Under the pieces are notes generated by a model, which saw only the letters and a list, made by a program, of their open reading frames with translations, was not told where the DNA came from and did no database searches. The position numbers and the translations under genes are program-made. A stretch of 64,000 bases of DNA from positions 4,925-68,924 of the forward strand of contig JAWLBA010000001.1 of NCBI GenBank assembly GCA_041395165.1, given 5' to 3'. Of the stretch, positions 48,397-58,558 are shown in pieces (the stretch's first letter is position 1; the number at the start of each line of letters is the position of its first letter). The stretch is from Verrucomicrobiia bacterium (lineage in GTDB: Bacteria; Verrucomicrobiota; Verrucomicrobiia; JADLBR01; JAIBCM01).

Positions 48397-50631
48397 ATGA
48401 TTAAAACAAAATCTTTTATAAAGATATCTTATCATATTTTAATCTTTTTTATATTTGTTTTTTTAGTGTTGCCTATTCATGCCAAAAGTGTCTCAGAACG
48501 TTTCGAAGAATTATTCCGTAGGTGTCCAATTATAGCTGAAGAAGTTTCACAACCTGATGCGCGTGGCACTTATACACGCGTAAGGTTAGTAGAAACTGAA
48601 GAAGCTGGAGCTGAGTGGGTTAGGTTAGAAGCAACGATTCAAAAAGATTTTCAAACTGGGCGTGAGCATTTCCTTTCTTATCGGGCTGATGTGGCTGACG
48701 AGGTGATGGTAGAATTGAAGCGGGGTTATGAAAAACCGGCACTAGAAGCATTGTTGCAAAACTTAGGCATCGCAAGATTTCGAATTATTGAAGAAACGCT
48801 TTTACCGGGTTACGTCATTAAAATTTTAAATCCTGAACTAAATAGTGTTCCTGAGTTAGTGGAATATTTAAATCGACAACCTCAAGTTGATTTTTCGGAG
48901 AGTGATGGGCTTGGATTGTCAGCAGAAGAGGATCCCCCAACGAAAAAGCCTAATGACCCTAAGTATCAAGATAATGAGCAGGACAATTTATATCTCATCG
49001 ATGCTCCAGAAGCTTGGTATGTTACAACCGGAAGTAAAGACGTTGTCGTTGCTGTGATTGATACGGGAGTGGATTGGAATCATGAAGATTTAAAAGGAAA
49101 TATATGGGTTAATAGTGATGAAATTCCTAATAATGGTAAGGATGATGATAATAATGGATTTATTGATGACACTCGCGGCTGGGATTTTTTCTTAACGGAT
49201 AGCAATTCGCCCATGGATCACGAGGGTCATGGAACATCGGTTGCGGGGATTATTGGAGCGGCGGGAAATAATAATAAAGGAATAGCCGGCGTTAACTGGA
49301 AGGTTAGTATTATGCCATTAAAATCAGGCAACCATACACATTCGAAAAAAAACATCATTAAATCCATTTACTACGCTTGTAAAATGGGAGCTGATGTCAT
49401 TAATATTAGTATTTATGGACCACATTCCGTAAAAGAACTCAATGCTGTTAAATATGCTCAAAAACAGGGAATTTTGATCGTGGCTTGTGCAGGAAATGAT
49501 TCAGAAGAAAACAAGGGTTACGCCAATAGCTACGAGTTTCCTGCCTCATACAATGGATTGGACAACGTCATTAGCGTGGCAGCTGCTCATCAAACCTACA
49601 ATAATAAATTAGAGGATTACTCCAACTACAGCACAAAATATGTCGATTTAGCAGCTCCCGTTGCTGAAATGACCCTTAATATTGGTAACAGCTACAGATA
49701 TTTTAATGGAACATCAGCAGCTACTCCCCATGTAGTTGGTGTCGCGGCATTAATTAAATCTGTCCAACCCACATGGAAAGCTAAGGAAATAAAAAATCTT
49801 ATTTTAGCAACGGTGGATAAAGTCCCTGAATTTGAAGATAAAGTTAAAACCGGTGGACGTTTGAATGCTTACAAGGCCATTCTCAATGCTAATTCTGGCA
49901 AGATTCGTATGCTAACGAAATCACCCATAAAAGTTAAAGAGCAGCCAGGTGGTAAACTGGTTGCCATCGAAATGGAACGTGTCGATGGCAATTGCGGCAA
50001 AGTAGTGGTAAATTTAAGTAAAGTTGATGGGAGTGCAACGCAAGGTTTGGATTACAAGCCAGAAATTATTGATGCCGTATGGGGTCCAGGAGAAAAGGGT
50101 AAAAAGTATTTAACCTTTCGTATTCTTGATGATAATGAGGATGAGTATAGCGAATGGATTTTTGCTCACCTTAAAATTCAAGGAGATGCAGTTTGGGAAC
50201 ATAACGGAGGTGATAAGGATATTGTTAGCATTCAAATCCTTGATAATGAGCCCGTGGGAGTTGTTAGATTTAAGAAGAACCTATATAAGGTCGAAGAATC
50301 GGTCGGCACAGTCCAGGTTGAAGTTGAGCGTGTAGGAGGAGCCAGCGGATCTGCTACAGTAAATTATAGACTTTATTCTCTGATAGTTAAAAAAGGTAGT
50401 CAAGGGCCGACAGGAGATTTTATTCCTCCATTCGAAGGTAAAGTAAGCTGGGCCAATGGTGAAAGTGGAGTTAAAACTTTTCCCATTCATGTTCGCCAAG
50501 ATAATGTTAAAGAAGATGAAGAAGACATGTTTCGGCTGAAGTTGACCCCTGTGAATGGAACTGCGGTGCAAAATGGATTAATCCCATTCATTATCAAAGC
50601 CAGCGATTACGATAATAAAAAAGCGCCTTAG
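48397..50631 (+). CDS. secreted S8 subtilisin-like serine protease with C-terminal Calx-beta domains
   Basis: Signal peptide. Catalytic triad contexts VIDTGVDWNHEDL, HGTSVAGIIGA and GTSAATPHVVGVAALI. Two C-terminal beta domains end in RILDDNE and QILDNE. Confidence 0.9.
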   Translation: MIKTKSFIKISYHILIFFIFVFLVLPIHAKSVSERFEELFRRCPIIAEEVSQPDARGTYTRVRLVETEEAGAEWVRLEATIQKDFQTGREHFLSYRADVADEVMVELKRGYEKPALEALLQNLGIARFRIIEETLLPGYVIKILNPELNSVPELVEYLNRQPQVDFSESDGLGLSAEEDPPTKKPNDPKYQDNEQDNLYLIDAPEAWYVTTGSKDVVVAVIDTGVDWNHEDLKGNIWVNSDEIPNNGKDDDNNGFIDDTRGWDFFLTDSNSPMDHEGHGTSVAGIIGAAGNNNKGIAGVNWKVSIMPLKSGNHTHSKKNIIKSIYYACKMGADVINISIYGPHSVKELNAVKYAQKQGILIVACAGNDSEENKGYANSYEFPASYNGLDNVISVAAAHQTYNNKLEDYSNYSTKYVDLAAPVAEMTLNIGNSYRYFNGTSAATPHVVGVAALIKSVQPTWKAKEIKNLILATVDKVPEFEDKVKTGGRLNAYKAILNANSGKIRMLTKSPIKVKEQPGGKLVAIEMERVDGNCGKVVVNLSKVDGSATQGLDYKPEIIDAVWGPGEKGKKYLTFRILDDNEDEYSEWIFAHLKIQGDAVWEHNGGDKDIVSIQILDNEPVGVVRFKKNLYKVEESVGTVQVEVERVGGASGSATVNYRLYSLIVKKGSQGPTGDFIPPFEGKVSWANGESGVKTFPIHVRQDNVKEDEEDMFRLKLTPVNGTAVQNGLIPFIIKASDYDNKKAP

Positions 50632-50659
50632 TTAAAATTAAGAAACAAATTGGCTTTGT

Positions 50660-51262
50660 CTAATCCGTCATCAAGACAATCAATCTTGCATCCAATTGTT
50701 GCGCTGCACGTTCGGTAAAAGCAGTGGCGTGATAAACCTCTTTAATTTGTTGTTCATTTGCTTTGTTGGGTGCCCAAGACTCACTGAATAGCTTACATTG
50801 ATTTTCCAAATTCTCTAGACTGTTTTCTATCTCCATTTTCAGAGTTTGAAATCGTTGGAGTAAATGGCTTTTTTCTGCTGACAAAAGTGCTTTGGATAAA
50901 GCGTTAGTTAACGTTTTTTCTTTGTTTTTCAAAGCATCAATTTCTTGGCATAACTCCCCTATTTTCCAATTTAATTCCATGGCATCTTTTTTGTCTTTAA
51001 AAATCGCTTTAACTTCATTGATTTCGTTCTGTGAAACGCCAAATTCCAGTTCCAACAAATGGGCCAGGCGCAATTTGGGTTGCGACAAAATTCGATAAGC
51101 CTCATGCATTTGCGAAAATTTTTCTTCCGCTTCCCGATGTTTGTCAGAATCGCGGAATTTGTCAGGGTGACTTTTTTCAGTAAATGCTAAAAATTTTTCT
51201 TTTAGTTTATCACGATCTAAAAAAGGTAATCGCTTTTCCTCAAATAAAGCAAAGGCGTCCAT
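50660..51262 (-). CDS. hscB: Fe-S cluster co-chaperone HscB-like (J-domain-like plus C-terminal helical domain)
   Basis: 200 aa with ...SHPDKF...AYRIL... J-like motif and a helical C-domain. Confidence 0.7.
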   Translation of the reverse strand: MDAFALFEEKRLPFLDRDKLKEKFLAFTEKSHPDKFRDSDKHREAEEKFSQMHEAYRILSQPKLRLAHLLELEFGVSQNEINEVKAIFKDKKDAMELNWKIGELCQEIDALKNKEKTLTNALSKALLSAEKSHLLQRFQTLKMEIENSLENLENQCKLFSESWAPNKANEQQIKEVYHATAFTERAAQQLDARLIVLMTD

Positions 51263-51265
51263 CGA

Positions 51266-52084
51266 CTATAAAGTGCGAAATTTTTTCACAAATTTTTTTA
51301 ATCGGCTGGGCTCTAATTTTCCTAGAAAATCGCCATTTTTGCGAAAGGTTGAGCCAATAATAAATCCGTCAGCTAAAAGAAAATAAGTGCTGATATTTTC
51401 GGGAGTCATTCCAGAACCTAAAAAAATCGGGAGTCGAGTTGCTTTGCGAACACGTTTTAGCTCTTTGACATCGGGCGCTTCACCGGTTCGTGGGCCGGTA
51501 ATGATTAGTCCATCAGCTAAAAAAAATTCGGCTTGTTTCGCTTCATCGGTAATATCTAAATCTGCAGTGAGTGCGTGAGAACAATGTTTCTTTTTGATGT
51601 CAGCAAAAACTCGAATAGTTTCACAACCCATTTTTTTGCGTTTTCTTAGTAATTTTCCAGCGCAGCCTTCGATAAGACCTGCGCCGCCAACGTGCGCATA
51701 TACATAACTTTCGACACGAATAAAATTCAGTTTTGCTTCGGCGGCAATTTCTAATGCGGTTTCATTAGCGGCTTCGAGAAGTTGTAATCCAATTGGACCA
51801 GGGAAACGGCGACGTACCTCACGCGCGATTTGTGTCATGAGACCAACAGCTTCCTGAGGCAATGGCGGTTTGATATAAGGTAGATCATAGCTGTTCTCTA
51901 GAACGATGGCGTCGACTTTGGCTGACTGGTAAATAGCTAAATCACTGAGAACTTGGCTTAGAATAAGTTTGGAATTATTTTGATAAAGAGGCGATCCCGG
52001 TAAAGGTGGCACGGCGATCATGGCTGCGAGGCATTTGGGAGGAAGGCTTGATTTCATGACTGTTAGCTTGAATAATGACAGCAA
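51266..52084 (-). CDS. BtpA/SgcQ family TIM-barrel protein
   Basis: 272 aa with the BtpA family pattern (VENSYDLPY...RVES...GPRTGE...IFLGSG). Confidence 0.65.
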   Translation of the reverse strand: MLSLFKLTVMKSSLPPKCLAAMIAVPPLPGSPLYQNNSKLILSQVLSDLAIYQSAKVDAIVLENSYDLPYIKPPLPQEAVGLMTQIAREVRRRFPGPIGLQLLEAANETALEIAAEAKLNFIRVESYVYAHVGGAGLIEGCAGKLLRKRKKMGCETIRVFADIKKKHCSHALTADLDITDEAKQAEFFLADGLIITGPRTGEAPDVKELKRVRKATRLPIFLGSGMTPENISTYFLLADGFIIGSTFRKNGDFLGKLEPSRLKKFVKKFRTL

Positions 52085-52974
52085 TTGCTAAATTATTGAA
52101 GTCTATAAAAATTATGAATTATGTTCACCCAGAAGTTTTAGTGGATGCGGCTTGGATTGAAGCGCATCAAAACGATCCCAAAGTTCGTATTATTGAAAGT
52201 AACGAAGATATTTTGCTTTATGATACGGGTCATATTCCTGGTGCGGTCCATATTGATTGGCGGCGCGATCTTCAAGATCCGGTGATGCGCGATTATATTT
52301 CGCCGGGCGCTTTTGCCGATCTCTGTCGCAAAAACGGTATTGCTCCGGACACGACGTGCGTTTTTTACGGGGATAAATCCAACTGGTGGGCTTGCTATGC
52401 TTTGTGGGCGTTTCGATTGTTTGGTCATGATAAGGTCAAAATTTTAAATGGCGGTCGCGATAAGTGGATTGCAGAAAAGCGACCCTTAACGCGTGAAAAA
52501 CCGGCTTATCCCCAAACTGATTATCCGACGTCTACCGAACGTAAAGATCATGAAATTCGTGCTTTTGCCCATGAGGCTTTAGCACAGAGCCAGCAAAGAA
52601 AACCGCTCATTGATGTGCGTTCGCCCGGAGAGTTTAGCGGTGAGGTTACACACATGCCAGAATATCCGCAAGAAGGCGTGTTGCGCGGTGGTCATATTCC
52701 GCATGCATGCAGCGTGCCTTGGAAAACGGCGGTCAATGATGATGGCACCTTTAAATCGGCTGATGCTCTGCAAAAAATTTATGCGGAAGGTTGTCAACTT
52801 CAGCCCGATGAAGAAATCGTTGTTTATTGCCGAATTGGTGAGCGTTCTAGCCACACGTGGTTTGTTCTGACCTATTTATTGGGTTACGAAAAGGTTCGTA
52901 ATTATGATGGTTCCTGGACGGAATGGGGAAATCAGGTGCGAGCTCCGATTGAACGTGGTGCAAGAACTCCATAA
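52075..52974 (+). CDS. sseA: 3-mercaptopyruvate / thiosulfate sulfurtransferase (tandem rhodanese)
   Basis: 299 aa. Two rhodanese domains with the active-site loop CRIGERS. Confidence 0.85.
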   Translation: MTAIAKLLKSIKIMNYVHPEVLVDAAWIEAHQNDPKVRIIESNEDILLYDTGHIPGAVHIDWRRDLQDPVMRDYISPGAFADLCRKNGIAPDTTCVFYGDKSNWWACYALWAFRLFGHDKVKILNGGRDKWIAEKRPLTREKPAYPQTDYPTSTERKDHEIRAFAHEALAQSQQRKPLIDVRSPGEFSGEVTHMPEYPQEGVLRGGHIPHACSVPWKTAVNDDGTFKSADALQKIYAEGCQLQPDEEIVVYCRIGERSSHTWFVLTYLLGYEKVRNYDGSWTEWGNQVRAPIERGARTP

Positions 52975-52994
52975 AATTTTTTAGCTAACTTTTC

Positions 52995-53489
52995 ATGAGA
53001 TGTTCTGATATCCCTACGAATCCTGCTCCTTCCCAATATCCTTCCAAGCTTCAACAGATCGTTGATTTTTTTGAAGGATTGTCAGAAGAGGACAAGCGCG
53101 AAAACCTCATCGTTTATAGCGATGGCGCGCGCCGTTGTGAGCCGAAAGCGGATGAAGCGTTCGATTTGGAAGATATTCGTAAGGACGAAGAGTGCACCGA
53201 TACCGTGGGTGTTTTTTTGCGAGTTGATCCTGAAGGTAAAGCTCATTTTCGACTTACTTTGGGGCCGCAGGTGCAAACGCTTACCAAGGCCATGACCGCT
53301 ATTTTATGTAAAGGTTTAGAAGGCACCACGCCGCAAGAGGTTTTAGCGATTCCTAGCGATTTTGTGCCTCGTATCGTCGGTGGTGAACTGATTCGCGTGC
53401 GTAGCCAAACCACTTATTATATTTTGAGCCGAATGAAAGGTATTTGCAAGGTTTGGCTGGATCGACAACGACTAAAATCGGTCGATTAA
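52995..53489 (+). CDS. SufE-like cysteine desulfuration protein
   Basis: 164 aa with a conserved Cys in the CEPKADEA context and a SufE fold pattern. Adjacent to a sulfurtransferase. Confidence 0.6.
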   Translation: MRCSDIPTNPAPSQYPSKLQQIVDFFEGLSEEDKRENLIVYSDGARRCEPKADEAFDLEDIRKDEECTDTVGVFLRVDPEGKAHFRLTLGPQVQTLTKAMTAILCKGLEGTTPQEVLAIPSDFVPRIVGGELIRVRSQTTYYILSRMKGICKVWLDRQRLKSVD

Positions 53490-53548
53490 TAAAAAAAGAT
53501 TGAAAGTATCAATCTTTTTCCTATGCATGTCCTGTAACAAAAAAACTT

Positions 53549-54883
53549 ATGAAATCATTACCTCCTTTTTCACATCAACCCAAACCTTATCAAGGCCCTT
53601 CTGCCGAAGAAGTGCTGCGACTCCGCAAGGCGAATCTTTCTCCTTCGTTGATTACTTATTACAAAAACCCTCTCATGTTGGTGGAAGGGTCGATGCAATA
53701 TTTGTTTGATGAAAAAGGAAAGCGTTATCTGGATGCTTTGGGCGGAATTGTAACGGTCAGTGTGGGGCATTGCCATCCTCATGTATTGAAGGCAATTAAT
53801 GAACAAAATGCTATACTTCAACATCTCACCACGATTTATTTGCATCCGAACAATGCACTTTACGCTAAAGAACTCACGGATCGCATGCCGGGCAATCTAA
53901 AGGTTTGCTACTTTGTGAACTCTGGCTCTGAAGCAAACGACTTGGCTTTGTTGATGGCGCGTATTTACACCGGTAATTATGACGTGATTGCATTGAGAAA
54001 TTCTTATCATGGTGGTGTGGCTTCCACTATGGCCATTACTTCTCACAGCACATGGAAATATAATTATCCGCACACGTTCGGTGTTCAATTTGCTCAAACA
54101 CCCGACACTTATCGTGGGCCTTATGGTAAAGATGATGCGGATGCTGGTAAAAAGTATGCTGCGGATGTGCAACAGTTGATTCAATTTGGAACTTCAGGTC
54201 GTGTGGCTGCGTTTATTGCAGAATCGATTCAAGGCGTAGGCGGTTTTGTTGTTTTTCCTGACGGTTATTTGAAAGAAGCTTATCAGCACGTTCGTGCAGC
54301 AGGTGGAGTTTGTATTGCCGATGAAGTGCAAGCTGGTTTTGGTCGCACGGGCACTAAGTTTTGGGGTTTCGAAAATCAGGGAGTGATTCCTGATATTGTA
54401 ACCATGGCTAAAGGCATTGGAAACGGTAGCGCTTTAGCTGCTGTAGTCACTACGCCTGAAATTGCGCAAAAACTTACTGAACGCGTTCATTTTAATACCT
54501 TCGGTGGTAACCCTGTGGTTATGGCTGCGGGTCGGGCAGTGCTTGAGGTGATTGATAAAGAAAAATTACAGGCAAACAGTTTAGAAATAGGCAATTATCT
54601 TATCAAAGGTTTGCAAGAGTTGCAAAAGAAACAAAATCTCATTGGTGATGTGCGTGGTAAGGGTTTGATGTTGGCTTTAGATTTGGTGAAAGATCAAAAA
54701 GCTAAAACACCTGCCAAAGAAGAAGCTGCTCACGTCATGGAAAAATGTAAAGAGCTCGGCTTGCTTGTTGGTAAAGGAGGATTGAACGGCAACATTATTC
54801 GTATGGCACCACCCATGTGCATTACCAAAGATGACGCCGATTTCCTTATCGATGCGGTTGGAACTGCTATTGCGAGCGTTTAA
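53549..54883 (+). CDS. class-III (omega) aminotransferase
   Basis: 444 aa with GHCHP, PLP-lysine context [11 protein letters not shown] and MAKGIGNG. Confidence 0.85.
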   Translation: MKSLPPFSHQPKPYQGPSAEEVLRLRKANLSPSLITYYKNPLMLVEGSMQYLFDEKGKRYLDALGGIVTVSVGHCHPHVLKAINEQNAILQHLTTIYLHPNNALYAKELTDRMPGNLKVCYFVNSGSEANDLALLMARIYTGNYDVIALRNSYHGGVASTMAITSHSTWKYNYPHTFGVQFAQTPDTYRGPYGKDDADAGKKYAADVQQLIQFGTSGRVAAFIAESIQGVGGFVVFPDGYLKEAYQHVRAAGGVCIADEVQAGFGRTGTKFWGFENQGVIPDIVTMAKGIGNGSALAAVVTTPEIAQKLTERVHFNTFGGNPVVMAAGRAVLEVIDKEKLQANSLEIGNYLIKGLQELQKKQNLIGDVRGKGLMLALDLVKDQKAKTPAKEEAAHVMEKCKELGLLVGKGGLNGNIIRMAPPMCITKDDADFLIDAVGTAIASV

Positions 54884-54886
54884 TTT

Positions 54887-56164
54887 TTAAAGCTCATCAG
54901 GGAAATCGGGAACTTTTGCGCGGGATTTTTTGCCGCGCTTAATCCAGGAATCTTTTTCCCACGCTGTTTTTACCACATCACGATTTTGCAATGCTTCTTC
55001 GTGAGTGAGTTGCTTCCAAACGATTTTAGCGCGTCCAAGTGATCTTCCCCAGGCTAACCAACGTGAAGCAATAATTTTTTGTAAAAACTTTCGAAAACTT
55101 CTTTCCTCATCGAGTTTTTCTCTAAGTTGAAAGAGTTCCGCGCGAGCGCGTTCGGATTTGTAAGCTTGATACACGTCGATTTCTTCACCTTTTTCATCCT
55201 GCGATTCGATAAGAAAGCGACTAGGCGGTTCAGAAAATTCCTTAAATTCTTCTGTTTTCATTTCATTGAGAAAATAAACAATGTTTTCTGATGAAACATC
55301 ACGAAGTGCGTGAGCTAATAGACAGTAGTAGAGTTCACCTCGAAAATCAGAAAAATTGTAGCAAGCCGCTCGGAAATACTGTCCAAAAGCGTGACGTATC
55401 TCGGCGTTTCGACTCAAAAGTGGGCTTAATTCTCGAAGTAAATCGATATTCATTTGTAACACTTCTTTCATGACTTGTTCCGAAGAAGATTTAATCGTGT
55501 TAGAATCATGAGTGCGATAAGAGAGCAAAGGCTCAAATAAAACACCCAACTTGTTTTCCAATACTGCAATAATAGCAAAAAAATAATCATGTACAAAACG
55601 GTAGGGACGGAAAAAGTGAGACTTAAAATAGTCCGATCGAGCCACGAGATTGCTAGTAGTTTTGACGAAATTGGCAACCCCAATCCATTCCGCATTCTCT
55701 AAATGGTCTTCTTTAGGTAATTCCCAAATTTTTTGAATGCGTCTCACGCGGCTATCGGTGTCAGAAACAGGATTGCCGCGCTCATCAACCAGTGTTACTT
55801 GGGTGCAAACCGCATCGTAAGAACGATTTTGCTCTAGGAAAGCAACGCAATGCTCCAAGCGTTGGGGATGATAAAAATCATCGGAATTAAGGATTGTGAT
55901 ATAATCGAAACCTTTGATCAGAGCAATGGCGCGATTTAGTGTGTTGTGAGCTCCAGCATTGTGTTGCGTGATCAATTCGATACGAGGGTCGGTTATTTTT
56001 TTTGCCGCTTCGATGGAATTATCTGTAGACCCATCATCAATAATAAGAATTTTTTCTGGTGGCAATGTTTGTTTGAGTAAAGAATCAACAGCTTGTCCGA
56101 TATAATCCTCATGATTATAAAGAGGAATCACAGCTGCAACATGTTTCATTTTAGGAGCTGCCAT
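54887..56164 (-). CDS. GT2 family glycosyltransferase with C-terminal extension
   Basis: N-terminal AAVIPLYNHEDYIGQAVDSLLKQT...IIDDGSTDNS. Confidence 0.7.
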   Translation of the reverse strand: MAAPKMKHVAAVIPLYNHEDYIGQAVDSLLKQTLPPEKILIIDDGSTDNSIEAAKKITDPRIELITQHNAGAHNTLNRAIALIKGFDYITILNSDDFYHPQRLEHCVAFLEQNRSYDAVCTQVTLVDERGNPVSDTDSRVRRIQKIWELPKEDHLENAEWIGVANFVKTTSNLVARSDYFKSHFFRPYRFVHDYFFAIIAVLENKLGVLFEPLLSYRTHDSNTIKSSSEQVMKEVLQMNIDLLRELSPLLSRNAEIRHAFGQYFRAACYNFSDFRGELYYCLLAHALRDVSSENIVYFLNEMKTEEFKEFSEPPSRFLIESQDEKGEEIDVYQAYKSERARAELFQLREKLDEERSFRKFLQKIIASRWLAWGRSLGRAKIVWKQLTHEEALQNRDVVKTAWEKDSWIKRGKKSRAKVPDFPDEL

Positions 56165-56220
56165 AAACGTTTACTTTATTAATTGACAAAATCGTAAAGG
56201 TAAAGATTTTTAACTATATT

Positions 56221-57078
56221 ATGAGCTTTTCGGAATGGTTTTTGGGCACGAGCGCTTGGACTTATGAGGATTGGAAAGATGTTTTTTATCCTAAAAATTT
56301 AACTCATAGCCAATGGCTCACTTTTTATTCTCGTTATTTCAATGCTGTTGAGGTTGACTCCACTTTTTATCATGTGCCGGCAGAAAATGTTGTGCTTAAT
56401 TGGCGTCAAAAAACGCCAGAAAATTTTCTTTTTTGTGCAAAAGTGCCGCGTCGTATTACCCATGAATTGCGTTTAAAACATGCAGAAGCAGAAATTGATT
56501 TTTTTCTGCATGCTTTAGCACCTTTAGGAAATAAATTAGGAATGATTTTATTCCAGTTTCCCAGTTCTTTTACTGGCACTTCGAGCCGAGTATTTTTTGA
56601 GTTTATTAAAAATTTACCCAAAGCTTTTTCTTATGCTGTGGAGTTTCGACATTTTTCTTGGAATGCTCCTCGTTTTGATGGGTGGCTTCGCGAACACGCC
56701 ATCACGCGCGTTTGGAATGATGTGGAAAAGCCTGGTGGTGCTGGCGCTTTTCTGCATCGCGAACAAACAGCGTCTGATGTCTATGTTCGGTTGTTAGGGG
56801 ATATCGCCAATAAATATGATGTTTCGGGTAAAGTGAAGCATACTTATAATCATCTTCAGTGGTCGCGCGATACCGATTTGGAAGCTTGGGTGGCTCGTTT
56901 GAAATCGATAGAAAAAGCCCGTCGCCTTTTTATTTTTTCCGCTAACCATTATGAAGGTTTTGCTCCGGCAACCGTGAAGCGACTTGCAGAAAAATTGGGT
57001 TATTCTCTTCCACCGTTTCCACCCATTTCAAAATTACCCGACAACGAAGATGTTCCCGTACAAAAAGAGTTTTGGTGA
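56221..57078 (+). CDS. DUF72 family protein
   Basis: 285 aa with the typical DUF72 N-terminus (GTSAWTYEDWKDVFYP...FNAVEVDSTFY). Confidence 0.8.
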   Translation: MSFSEWFLGTSAWTYEDWKDVFYPKNLTHSQWLTFYSRYFNAVEVDSTFYHVPAENVVLNWRQKTPENFLFCAKVPRRITHELRLKHAEAEIDFFLHALAPLGNKLGMILFQFPSSFTGTSSRVFFEFIKNLPKAFSYAVEFRHFSWNAPRFDGWLREHAITRVWNDVEKPGGAGAFLHREQTASDVYVRLLGDIANKYDVSGKVKHTYNHLQWSRDTDLEAWVARLKSIEKARRLFIFSANHYEGFAPATVKRLAEKLGYSLPPFPPISKLPDNEDVPVQKEFW

Positions 57079-57228
57079 GCGATTTATTCCAAGTTGTTAA
57101 AAGCGTTGTAATATCGGCTATAAAAAGCAACGATTTGAATGGCTACGTAGATGACTACGATGAAGTAAATGAATCGTGGCAACCAGCGGCTTAGATTTTT
57201 GACATTGTCACGCCATTGCTGAGATAAA

Positions 57229-58083
57229 TCATTTTCCACATAGTTTAGAGTTTCTAAAATTTTTCCTGAAGTTTCGCCTGTGGCAAAAAAGGATTTTAAA
57301 TAAGGCGAAAAAGTAAAAAAGAGGTTGAAATGCTTCGGTAAGAGATTTGCCTTGTCGGACCTGTTCCATGACTGGTTCTGCTAATGTTTTTAAGGTGGAT
57401 GGCCACTGGCTTGAAAAAGCCAGGGAAACAGCATCGCGCAATGGGATGGCGGCTTGAAGTTGCAAGCGTAAAGTAAAAATAAAGCGATAAAGCGAATCGG
57501 TTAAGAGGCAACTGCGTAATCCTGGAAGTTTGGTGAAAAAAGTTTGCCAGAAAACTTGGCCATAACGAAAGAAAAGGAAAACCACAAAACCTATGGCGTA
57601 AAAAATGCCTAAACAACCGATCAGTTGATCAAAAAAACCCAGAGCGTCTTGTTCGGAGTAACGAAGGATGGCACTGACCAAAAAAGCGAGATGAATAAGA
57701 AAAAATGGATAGATATTGGCTACAAAAAAATCGTGTTGAACCTTGGCGCGCGCTAACCAAAACTCATTCAATTGACGACAAATCTCGCTGAGTTGTCCTG
57801 CTTTTTCGCCAGCTTCAAAAATGGCAATTTCAAAAGGTTCAAACCAATCGGCTTGCCGCCCTAGCGCAAAATAAAATGCTTGGCCTTGTTCGAGATGCAA
57901 CAAACAGTCGTAAGCTATTTTTCTTAACCGAGCCTTGGGCAAATGTTCCGCTAGCGATTCCATCGCCATGCGTAATCCGACTCCACCTGCCAATAAATTG
58001 CCCAGTTGATGATAGAACGAAGCCTTATCGGATGCTCGCGACTTCATTCTATTACTATACTCTAAGGAAAAAACATTGGCCAA
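57229..58083 (-). CDS. type II secretion system F family (GspF/PilC-type) single-domain membrane protein
   Basis: ASFYHQLGNLLAGGVGLRMAMESLAEHLP...FEAGEKAGQLSEI matches the T2SS-F domain consensus. Three or more TM helices. Confidence 0.6.
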   Translation of the reverse strand: MANVFSLEYSNRMKSRASDKASFYHQLGNLLAGGVGLRMAMESLAEHLPKARLRKIAYDCLLHLEQGQAFYFALGRQADWFEPFEIAIFEAGEKAGQLSEICRQLNEFWLARAKVQHDFFVANIYPFFLIHLAFLVSAILRYSEQDALGFFDQLIGCLGIFYAIGFVVFLFFRYGQVFWQTFFTKLPGLRSCLLTDSLYRFIFTLRLQLQAAIPLRDAVSLAFSSQWPSTLKTLAEPVMEQVRQGKSLTEAFQPLFYFFALFKILFCHRRNFRKNFRNSKLCGK

Positions 58084-58112
58084 CGCTAAAAATTTGCTTC
58101 AATACTCACTCT

Positions 58113-58550
58113 ATGAAAGAAACGAACTGCGATTGTCATAAAACGGCGGCATTTATGTTGCTACGATTATTTTTAGCAATGTTGTTTATTATTGCTTTTT
58201 TGGGAAAGATAAAAGGTGAAGGAAATGATTATGCTCTGGCAAATTTGTCTGGTTTTAGCAAGGGCTTAGTCGAGCAATTTACGCAGGCAACTTTTTTGCC
58301 GCGATTTCTTTTAATTCCTTTTTGCTGGGCCTTGCCATGGCTAGAAATTGTTTTTGGAGTCGCATTACTTTTGGGTATTAAGACGCGCTGTGTTTTGGTG
58401 TGTTTGGGATTGCTTATGCTCACCTTGTGTTTCGGAATGATGCTTATGAAGCAATCGAATGTTGTTGCGAATAATGCGTTTTATTTATTTTTAGTTGTGG
58501 CAGCTCTTTATTTGTCATCCCACAATCGTGGTTGTCTTGTGAAGGATTAA
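58113..58550 (+). CDS. DoxX-like small membrane protein
   Basis: The ORF 57876..58550 overlaps the minus-strand T2SF gene at its 5' end. The internal start at 58113 gives a 4-TM 145-aa protein. Confidence 0.45.
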   Translation: MKETNCDCHKTAAFMLLRLFLAMLFIIAFLGKIKGEGNDYALANLSGFSKGLVEQFTQATFLPRFLLIPFCWALPWLEIVFGVALLLGIKTRCVLVCLGLLMLTLCFGMMLMKQSNVVANNAFYLFLVVAALYLSSHNRGCLVKD

Positions 58551-58558
58551 TATGAACC

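Noticed and set aside
57876-58112. 5' part of ORF 57876..58550 overlapping the T2SF-like gene on the other strand by about 200 nt.
   Set aside because: The overlap is with a gene that has a clear domain match. The hydrophobic DoxX-like part begins at the internal Met (58113 / 58155), so the upstream extension is most likely not translated.
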